Source: an uncultured Desulfovibrionaceae bacterium
GTDB lineage: Bacteria > Desulfobacterota > Desulfovibrionia > Desulfovibrionales > Desulfovibrionaceae
NCBI GenBank assembly: GCA_964609625.1
Contig: CAZSRS010000020.1
Coordinates: 584-64,583 of the forward strand
DNA: 64,000 bases
Reading direction: 5' to 3'
In this document: positions 1 to 7,049 of the stretch, piece by piece
Numbering within the stretch: the stretch's first letter is position 1
Layout of the letters: the number at the start of each line of letters is the position of its first letter
The notes under the pieces: model-generated
Seen by the model: only the letters and a program-made list of their open reading frames with translations
Database searches by the model: none
Told to the model about the DNA's origin: nothing
Translations under genes and position numbers: made by a program

Positions 1-2445
1 CACGCCCAGGGTCTTTTCCCGGCCGCTTTCGTCCTCGCCGCGGACCACTATGGCCATCTCCCGGTCGTAGTCGATCTGTGTCAGCTTTTGCATCTCGGAG
101 CGCGGCAGCTCGCCGATGTTACCGAAAAAGCGGTAGCGCTTGTCCTCGGCGGAGACGTGCTCCAGGAATTCGTAATGGTCGGGTTCGTCCTCGGGGCGGA
201 TGGGACGGAGCAGCACCTTGCGGCCGTCCTTGAGTGTGGTGCACTCCTCCAGCTCCCGAGGGTAAGGGCGGATGGGCAGACGCTCCCCGATCTGGGTTGC
301 GTCGGCCTTGGCCACGAGGATTTCCGCGTCCAGGGCCAGGACCCCGGAGTCGTCGGCGTAGAGGGGGTTGATCTCCATCTCCAGGATTTCCGGGATGTCG
401 ATGATCAGCTGGGAAATCTTGACCAGGGTCAGGCAGAGGGCTTCCATATCCGCCGGGGGGTGGTCGCGGTAGCCCTTGAGCAGCGGATAGACCCTGGTGC
501 GGGAGACGAGTTCCTGGGCCAAGTGCATGTTCAGGGGGGGCATGGCCACGACACGCTCGGCCAGGACGGCGGCCAGACTGCCTCCCTGCCCGAAACGGAT
601 GGTGGGGCCGAAGACCGGGTCCGTGACCACTTCCACACTGAGTTCGTGGGCTCCGGCCAGTTTCACCATGCGCTGCACGGTGAAGCCGAGGAGTCGCGCG
701 TCGGGGCGAACCTCGCGGACGCGGGCCAGAATGCGCTGGGCCGCCTCGTGCACGTCCTCGGGGGTGTGCAGGCTCAGGGCCACACCGCCGGCCAGGGACT
801 TGCGCTGGATGTCCGGGGAGAGGATCTTCAGGGCCACGGGATAGCCCAGTTCGTCCGCCGCCTCCACCACGGCCTTGAGATCGTCTTCCAGGCGGGTGAC
901 CCGGGTGGCCACGGAGGGGATGTCGTAGGCCTTGAGCACCTCCATGGATTCGGTCTCGTCGAGCATCTGCCGCTTCTCGTGAAGTGCCGCGGCCACCACG
1001 CCCTTTGCCGCAAAGGTGTCGGGGTCGAAGTTCTCAGGCAAGGACGGGGGCGTTTGCATGAGCAGTTCCTGGTTGCGGCGGTACTGCACCAGGTTCAGGA
1101 ACCCGCGGATGGCCTTTTCCGGCGTGAAGTAGGTGGGCACGCCGGCGTCCGCGAACATGCCCCTGGCCTCCTCCGGGTCCTCGATGCCCATGAAGCTGGT
1201 GAGCACGTTGCGCTTGGTCTTTTTCGCGGCACGAACCACGGCTTGGGCTACTTCCCGGCTAGAGATGGCGGCCGTGGGCACGTGCATGACCAGTACGGCG
1301 TCCACGTCCTTGTCCTTGGTCAGGATGCCGATGCCCGTCTCGTACATTTCCGGAGGCGACACACTGCGGATGACCAGGGGATTGGCATAGGAAAAGGCAC
1401 CGCCGAGTTCCTTGTCCAGGGTCTTGAGGGTCTCCTGGGAGAGTTTGCTCAGTGCGCCCCCTCCGGCGATGAGCTCGTCCGAGGCCAGAAATCCGGGGCT
1501 GCCGCCGTTGGTCAGGATGGCCAGACGTCCGCCGATGAGTGGCCGGCTCCTGGCCAGGGTCTCCACGGTGTCGAAGAGTGTGTCCACGTCGAACACGCGC
1601 AGCATGCCGGAGCGACGGAAGGCGGCGTCGTAGACGTCGTCGGAGCCGAGCATGGCGGCGGAGTGCACGGCAGCGGCCAGGGCTCCGGGGCCGGAGCGAC
1701 CGGCCTTGATCACCAGCACGGGCTTGTTCCGGGCCAGGGCGCGCGCCGCGGACATGAAATGCCGGGCATGCAGGATGGTCTCGATGTACAACAGCACGGC
1801 CCGGGTATGCGGGTCGCGGTTGAGGTAGTCCATGGTGTGCCCCAGGCAGATATCCGCGCGGTCGCCCAGGGAGATGAAGTGGGAAAAGCCGATGCGCATG
1901 GAGCTGGCCCAGTCGAGCACCACGGTGAACAGGGAGTCGGACTGGGAGATGAAGGCCAGCTTGCCGGGCAGGGCGTCACGGTGCGCAAGGCTGGCGTTGA
2001 GCCCCACGTTGGGGCTGATGAAACCCAGGCAGTTGGGGCCGAGGATGCGCAACCCATGGGGGCGTGCGGCCTTGAGCAATTCCTTGTGATAGGCTTGGCG
2101 TTCCTCGGTGACCTTGCGGAACTGCCCCCTGCTGAGAATCACGGCCGCGCGGGTGCCGCGCTTGCCGAACTCGTCGATGAGCCGGGGGGTTTCTTTGGAG
2201 GAAGTACAGAGCACTGCCAGATCGGGCGTCAGGGGCAGGGTGTCCACGCTGCGGTAGCTCTCTGTGCCCATGATGGGCTCCTGCTCCTCGTGCAGGGGCA
2301 TGACCGGGCCCAGGAATTTGCCCTGGGTCAAGTTACGCATGATCACGTTGCCGGCTGTGCCTTCCTCGTTGCTGGCACCGGCCACGGCCACGGAGTTGGG
2401 TCTGAAGAGTTGTCGCAGGGTTTCGGCTTGCACCTGGGTCTCCAT
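1..2445 (-). CDS. Bifunctional ADP-forming acyl-CoA synthetase / GNAT protein acetyltransferase (Pat/YfiQ-like); 3-prime end runs off the window
   Basis: Own minus-strand translation from ATG at 2445: METQVQAETLRQLFRPNSVAVAGASNEEGTAGNVIMRNL...LGPNCLGFISPNVGLNAS...PVLVIKAGRS (CoA-binding / succinyl-CoA-ligase-like N-terminus). The last codons in the window, ...LRPIRPEDEPDHYEFLEHVSAEDKRYRFF...TQIDYDREMAIVV, look like a GNAT domain. There is no stop before position 1, so it is missing from the ORF track. The listed 88..2631 + ORF is its antisense shadow. Confidence 0.85.
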   Translation of the reverse strand, partial: METQVQAETLRQLFRPNSVAVAGASNEEGTAGNVIMRNLTQGKFLGPVMPLHEEQEPIMGTESYRSVDTLPLTPDLAVLCTSSKETPRLIDEFGKRGTRAAVILSRGQFRKVTEERQAYHKELLKAARPHGLRILGPNCLGFISPNVGLNASLAHRDALPGKLAFISQSDSLFTVVLDWASSMRIGFSHFISLGDRADICLGHTMDYLNRDPHTRAVLLYIETILHARHFMSAARALARNKPVLVIKAGRSGPGALAAAVHSAAMLGSDDVYDAAFRRSGMLRVFDVDTLFDTVETLARSRPLIGGRLAILTNGGSPGFLASDELIAGGGALSKLSQETLKTLDKELGGAFSYANPLVIRSVSPPEMYETGIGILTKDKDVDAVLVMHVPTAAISSREVAQAVVRAAKKTKRNVLTSFMGIEDPEEARGMFADAGVPTYFTPEKAIRGFLNLVQYRRNQELLMQTPPSLPENFDPDTFAAKGVVAAALHEKRQMLDETESMEVLKAYDIPSVATRVTRLEDDLKAVVEAADELGYPVALKILSPDIQRKSLAGGVALSLHTPEDVHEAAQRILARVREVRPDARLLGFTVQRMVKLAGAHELSVEVVTDPVFGPTIRFGQGGSLAAVLAERVVAMPPLNMHLAQELVSRTRVYPLLKGYRDHPPADMEALCLTLVKISQLIIDIPEILEMEINPLYADDSGVLALDAEILVAKADATQIGERLPIRPYPRELEECTTLKDGRKVLLRPIRPEDEPDHYEFLEHVSAEDKRYRFFGNIGELPRSEMQKLTQIDYDREMAIVVRGEDESGREKTLGV

Positions 2446-2502
2446 GATGACGTGCGGCCAAGTCGCACGGCAGCAACGTCAGGCCATGGTTATCACTGCC
2501 CA

Positions 2503-2631
2503 ATGCCGGGAAGTCAATGGGGAAATGCCGAGAGACATGCGGGAGCGCGGGTAGTGACGCATCCGTGTATTGGTGTATTGTCAGTTGGCTGGCGAATGTG
2601 CCTGACAACCAGCAAGGGAAGTGTGCCATGA
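2503..2631 (+). pseudogene. Decayed HigB-like (RelE-superfamily) toxin remnant upstream of higA
   Basis: The frame ending in TGA overlaps the higA ATG (ccATGa). It reads MPGSQWGNAERHAGARVVTHPCIGVLSVGWRMCLTTSKGSVP. This is collinear with the remembered HigB core PGN.LE.L.GDR.G..SIRIN.QWRICFRW. There is room for only about 42 to 60 codons before the divergent Pat-like gene, so it cannot be full length. Confidence 0.3.
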
Positions 2632-2906
2632 CACCCAAGACCCTGGTTCCGGTATCCCCAGGCGAGATACTGCTCGAAGAGTTCCTGAAACCCATGGGCA
2701 TTAATCAGAACAAGCTTGGCCTGTGTCTGCGTGTCCCGCCGCGACGCATCAACGACATTGTCAAGGGCAAGCGCCCTATCACGTTGGACACGGCCCCGCG
2801 CCTGACGGAGTTCTTCGGCAACACGGCCGAGTTCTGGCCGCGCCTACGGATGGAGCATGACCTGCGCAGGGCCAGCTCGAGCAGGATGTGCCAAGAGACG
2901 AAATGA
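2628..2906 (+). CDS. higA: HigA-family antitoxin (XRE helix-turn-helix)
   Basis: MTPKTLVPVSPGEILLEEFLKPMGINQNKLGLCLRVPPRRINDIVKGKRPITLDTAPRLTEFFGNTAEFWPRLRMEHDLRRA matches the typical HigA/VapI pattern (PGEIL.EEFL.P.G...LA..L.V...RI..I..G.R.IT.D.A.RL...FG....FW..LQ..YDL). The internal ATG at 2628 was chosen over the long ORF-track start. Confidence 0.8.
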   Translation: MTPKTLVPVSPGEILLEEFLKPMGINQNKLGLCLRVPPRRINDIVKGKRPITLDTAPRLTEFFGNTAEFWPRLRMEHDLRRASSSRMCQETK

Positions 2907-3000
2907 TGAACCGACCCGCCCTTGGGGCGAAGGCGGGTCGGCGATGGGAAGGGCATACGCCCAGGATGAGAGGTCGGCTGTTTGTACTGTTTCGGTGCGG

Positions 3001-3825
3001 CTATTTTGGGTGCGGATCTCCATGACACTGTTGACAGTCCATCTTGGAGAGGACGTCTGGTTTTTCGCCGTCTTTGCCGTGGCATGAGTTGCAGGTCTTG
3101 GTCGATGCGCTCATACTGGAAACAGGCTTGAACTTTCCGTCGAAATTGTCGTTCAACAGAGCAATGGCAAAGGCCACGGTGTCTCCTGTCACGCGGGCAC
3201 AGCGCTCCTTGCGTTCGAGATCGGTGATCTTGACTCCGGCATGATTGCTCCACAGGCTGGCGGAGACGTGGCACAGGATGGAGCCGCTTTTGCTCTGCTG
3301 TATCTTTTCATTGTATTTGTTCATGCCGTAAGCGCTTTTCAGGGCATATTCGTTGGCGCAGTCCGTGGGCAGGAAGGCCTGGGTGTACCAGCCGAAGAGG
3401 TCGGAAATGAGCTTGTCCGAGGTCTCCTTGTCCGCGACCAGGCAGATGGCGGCGGCAGCTCCGTTCAGGGCGCCGCACAGGCCGCCCCATCCAGCGCCGC
3501 CACCATGTCCGTAGATCATTATTTCAGCGGGGAAGTTGGTGAAAGGGGCGCCGATTTCCTGCTCCAGGGCGTGAACAATGGGATAGAAAGCCCCGTATGA
3601 ACACCCCTTGCCACTCCAGTAGCTGTCGTGGCCGAGCTTACGGCCCACCTCGACATCCAACTTGGCGTAGGGCCAGGGCCACGGGTGCGCGGCGGTGGAT
3701 ACCGCATGCGAACTGGCAGGAAGCACGGCGTGCATGGCCGAGGCACCGACTCCGCCTGCCGCGAGCAGGCCCGTGTACTTGAAGGTGTTGGCAAGAAAGG
3801 CCCTTCGACTGGTCTGAGTACTCAT
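3001..3825 (-). CDS. Tat-exported C_GCAxxG_C_C-family redox protein with C-terminal dihaem c module (split-Soret cytochrome c-like)
   Basis: Twin-arginine signal SRRAFL near the N-terminus. The pattern C...GLCGALNG...C...C resembles the C_GCAxxG_C_C family. There are two CXXCH haem c motifs at the C-terminus (CNSCH, CQQCH). A strong AGGAGGG Shine-Dalgarno lies upstream of the ATG. Confidence 0.7.
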   Translation of the reverse strand: MSTQTSRRAFLANTFKYTGLLAAGGVGASAMHAVLPASSHAVSTAAHPWPWPYAKLDVEVGRKLGHDSYWSGKGCSYGAFYPIVHALEQEIGAPFTNFPAEIMIYGHGGGAGWGGLCGALNGAAAAICLVADKETSDKLISDLFGWYTQAFLPTDCANEYALKSAYGMNKYNEKIQQSKSGSILCHVSASLWSNHAGVKITDLERKERCARVTGDTVAFAIALLNDNFDGKFKPVSSMSASTKTCNSCHGKDGEKPDVLSKMDCQQCHGDPHPK

Positions 3826-3921
3826 GGGTAACCCTCCTGTTTGATTTTATCTTTTTGTATGGTCGGCACAGCAGAGGGTCAAATTTGAAATAGTCATGAT
3901 CGCATCAGGTCAAAAGAAAGG

Positions 3922-3937
3922 CTTATAAGCTCATAAG
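3922..3937. promoter_or_regulatory. Inverted repeat CTTAT-N6-ATAAG (T-N11-A type), candidate LysR-type operator upstream of the cytochrome gene
   Basis: Perfect 5-bp arms at 3922-3926 and 3933-3937, about 100 nt upstream of the 3825 start and directly downstream of the LysR gene. Confidence 0.25.
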
Positions 3938-3989
3938 AAGAACTGATGACACAGTGAGCCTGGGAGCTGCGTCAGAGGAAGGGAGGGAA

Positions 3990-4931
3990 TCAGGAAGCGT
4001 TATGCTGGTGCGTGGGGGCGAGAGCAGCGGCCTGCATGGCATGCTTTTTGAAAGAAGACAAGAGATTCCGTAATAAGAGTGACTGGGGGGCTTGCTTGGG
4101 ATAGACCAGAAAAAAGGATTGCAACGGCTGTCCTTCCTGCAAGCTGATTTCAGACAGTGTGCCATTGTGGATATCCTGCCTGATCATGAAATCAGGCAGG
4201 ACGGCGATACCGTACCCTTCCTTGACCAGCTTGATGATGGCCTCGTTGCTTTCGGATTCCGTGACTACCGTGAGATTCTTGAGAGGTACCCCATGCCGCA
4301 CGCAGAATCGTTCGAGTTCGACCCTGCAGCCGGCTCCCTTCTCACGCAGAATCAGTCGCTGATCCGACAGTTGCTTGACGCTGATCCGGCGGGGTTTTCC
4401 ATGCTCCGTGGGGGCCGCGAAAAAAAGCAGGGGAGCCTTGAGCAAGAGCTTCTTCTCCAGATCGCGGGCCTTGGGTGCAAGGCCGGTGACGCCAATGTCG
4501 AACCTGCCGTGGAGCAGGCCGTCGAATACATCCTCGCATTTGGTGATGGACAGCGACGGCGATGCTTCGGGGTGGGCTCGTCGGAAAGCGTCCAGGCCCA
4601 TGGGGATGAGGTGTTCGCCGGCGATGCAGCAGGTGCCGATGCGGATCTCCCTTTGCAAGGCCGGGCTGTACCTGGACATGCCGGCTATGATGCTGTCGTG
4701 AAGCTGGATCATCCGCTCTACATGGGGTTTCAGGGCCTCTCCGGCCTGGGTGAGCCTGATGCGACCCGAATGGGGGCGGAAAAAGAACTGCACTTGGAAC
4801 TGCTGTTCAAGCTTCTGAATCTGAAGGCTGACAGCAGGTTGGGAGAGAAAGAGATCCTCGGCCGCCTTGGTGAAGCTTCTGACTTCTGCAACCTTTAGAA
4901 AGACCTTGAGCGAAAAGAGATTCAAGTCCAT
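3990..4931 (-). CDS. LysR-family transcriptional regulator
   Basis: N-terminal HTH FLKVAEVRSFTKAAEDLFLSQPAVSLQIQKLEQQF plus a typical LysR substrate-binding region; 313 aa. Confidence 0.9.
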   Translation of the reverse strand: MDLNLFSLKVFLKVAEVRSFTKAAEDLFLSQPAVSLQIQKLEQQFQVQFFFRPHSGRIRLTQAGEALKPHVERMIQLHDSIIAGMSRYSPALQREIRIGTCCIAGEHLIPMGLDAFRRAHPEASPSLSITKCEDVFDGLLHGRFDIGVTGLAPKARDLEKKLLLKAPLLFFAAPTEHGKPRRISVKQLSDQRLILREKGAGCRVELERFCVRHGVPLKNLTVVTESESNEAIIKLVKEGYGIAVLPDFMIRQDIHNGTLSEISLQEGQPLQSFFLVYPKQAPQSLLLRNLLSSFKKHAMQAAALAPTHQHNAS

Positions 4932-5002
4932 GCGAGGGTACCGCCAGAGTTGAAGGACGGTAGTATGTTATTTCAGGAACAATACGGCAACATGATACCG
5001 CA

Positions 5003-5027
5003 CATTGGATGTGAAAACGAGCCAATG
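5003..5027. promoter_or_regulatory. Palindrome CATTGG-N13-CCAATG, candidate LysR autoregulatory/divergent operator
   Basis: Perfect 6-bp arms, 72 to 96 nt upstream of the LysR start codon (4931), at the edge of an AT-richer 700-nt non-coding stretch. Confidence 0.3.
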
Positions 5028-5627
5028 CGCGGAATGTTTCCGCTTCGGTCCTCAGATTGCGTATCCTGTAGTTGCCCTCTGTATTCGAGCATCAGACTTC
5101 CCGATGACTGGCAACGAATCAGCTCGATAACTCACTGTATTGGCGACTTGTAAAAAGTTCACAACAAAGAAAAACAACTGCCTGCTTCTTCGATCATTGG
5201 TCAAGAGGCACTATTGTGCAAGGAAAGGAGCGTGTTGTAACAAAAAACAAGAGCACAATCTTGACTGTACTCTAAATTGCTGCTTTCGTATTACATTTGC
5301 AATAAAAGCAGTGCAGCACAACCAACCAGGTTCTGCAACACGGGGTAAAGCCTGAAGGTGCCGCGCTGGGAGCCCCTCCGCAGTGCGTGTTACCTTTCTC
5401 TATATCTATCTGCTCTGCACAAGAAGGTCAATCAGAACCGCTGGTTTCCGAGAGTTATGATATTCATGGACATGACTTGGAGGTCGGGGAGAAGATGAAA
5501 ACGTGCCTCTCCAGTGGTGTACGCACGAAAGGTGTGAAAGTACGCCCGTGGGCACCGCGTGGCGCACCTGGAACGTATTTTGACCAGGAAGCGGCAGTTT
5601 GCCTGCCGCTCCCTGCTGGAGGAAAAA

Positions 5628-5996
5628 TTACGTCTGAGTGCTCAACTGGCGTTGCACGGTCTTTTTGGCGCTTTCGAACTGCACGGCGGTACCGTAGCAG
5701 GAGAAGAATTTGCTACCGTCCGGGTGGAAGGCCACGTTCTCCTGATAGCCGATGATGCCTTGGGCGCCCTTGTTCACCGCGCGGCTGGTCATGCCGAAAA
5801 AGGCCTCCTCTGAGTCGTAGCCCCGGCAGGCAACCAGTCCCAGCACTTTTTCCACGGGCCTGCCCTCGATGTGTTCGGTGGTCACCACGGGAAAACGCCC
5901 CGTGCCAAAAAGCTCCTTGATCCGGGCGAGGTCGTCATCCTGTTCGACGTCGCGCCGTTTGTTCTTTTTCTCGTTGTGATTGAGCAGAAAAAGCAT
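5628..5996 (-). CDS. YbjQ/UPF0145-like (putative heavy-metal-binding domain) protein
   Basis: RFPVVTTEHIEGRPVEKVLGLVACRGYDS...GAQGIIGYQENVAF...CYGTAVQFE resembles the YbjQ fold pattern (TT..I.G..I...LG.V.G......GA.A..G........YGTAV). AAGGAGG Shine-Dalgarno upstream. Confidence 0.55.
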   Translation of the reverse strand: MLFLLNHNEKKNKRRDVEQDDDLARIKELFGTGRFPVVTTEHIEGRPVEKVLGLVACRGYDSEEAFFGMTSRAVNKGAQGIIGYQENVAFHPDGSKFFSCYGTAVQFESAKKTVQRQLSTQT

Positions 5997-6251
5997 AGCG
6001 CCTCCTTTGGACTAGCATGGTGCACCGACGGGTTGCGCCGGGTTCACAGCACTTATGCAAGGAATCTGCCAGCCTCCGTGCCACGGGACATCTCATGGGT
6101 CCGGAGGGACAGCGGGCACCGCGACGGGTGTTCGACGCCGGAAAAATGACGGCAACCAGCCCTTGCTGGAATGCTCCCGACCATTGACCACTGGCGCGCT
6201 CAGGTGCATTCTGAGGGTAACGTGAGGGCAACCGCCGCACGAGGGAGCGTT

Positions 6252-6839
6252 ATGCACGAATTCTGGCTCTGTTTCATTCCGCTGTTCGTGGCCGTGGATC
6301 CTGTCGGGATCCTGCCCCTGTACATCGGCATGATGGAGGGCGTGGAGCAGCGCGACCAGACCAGGGTCATCGTCAAGTCCATGGTCACGGCCACGCTGGT
6401 CTCCCTGCTGTTCCTATTCGGCGGCACCACGCTGCTGGACATCCTGGGCGTGACCGTGGCCGACTTCATGATCGCCGGCGGCGTGTTGCTGTTCGTCATC
6501 TCCCTGAACGACCTGCTCAGCTCGGATGACAAGCGCTACACCATCGACCCCACCTGCCTGGGACCGGTGCCCATCGGCGTGCCCCTGGTGGCCGGCCCGG
6601 CACTGCTGACCACCTTGGTGGTGCTCAACAACCAGTACGGCGTCGTTTTGACCACCGGGACACTGCTCCTGGTGATGGGCATCACCGGAGGTACGTTCTA
6701 CGCCGGCAAGTGGATCTACCGGTTCATCGGAAAGCAGGGCGCCAGGACCGTGTCCAAGATCGCCAGCCTGCTTCTGGCCTCCATCGCCGTGATGCTGGTG
6801 CGCAAGGGCGTTCTGGAGGTCATGGCCTCCATCCACTGA
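6252..6839 (+). CDS. MarC-family (UPF0056) integral membrane protein
   Basis: FIPLFVAVDPVGILPLY...PVPIGVPLVAGPALLTT... is the typical MarC signature with multiple TM helices. The ATG at 6252 was preferred to the ORF-track start. Confidence 0.85.
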   Translation: MHEFWLCFIPLFVAVDPVGILPLYIGMMEGVEQRDQTRVIVKSMVTATLVSLLFLFGGTTLLDILGVTVADFMIAGGVLLFVISLNDLLSSDDKRYTIDPTCLGPVPIGVPLVAGPALLTTLVVLNNQYGVVLTTGTLLLVMGITGGTFYAGKWIYRFIGKQGARTVSKIASLLLASIAVMLVRKGVLEVMASIH

Positions 6840-7049
6840 AGAGGGCGCGGCTGCTATGCGTTTTTTCCGAGTGCGGCATGGTCCTTGAATTCCTGCGGTA
6901 AAGAAGTCATTATTCGTCTTGCCACGCTTCGGGCTCGGCGCGGCGTCCACGCGAGAGGACGCCACGGGGCGGCAGATCGAATTTCTCCATGCTGCGACTC
7001 GCCCCCCAAATGCCGAGACCGCGGCACACACCAGCAAGGGAGGACTGGG

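Noticed and set aside
88-2631. 847-aa ORF on the plus strand, the longest ORF in the first 3 kb
   Set aside because: The composition is Gly/Val/His/Ala/Asp-rich and low in complexity, with no motif. It lies exactly antisense to a minus-strand frame that translates into a clean acyl-CoA synthetase/GNAT protein. This is a typical shadow ORF of a high-GC gene.
5140-5755. Short plus-strand ORFs (71 and 122 aa) divergent from the LysR gene
   Set aside because: Cys/Lys/Arg-rich and without ribosome-binding sites. The second overlaps the well-supported YbjQ-like gene on the other strand.
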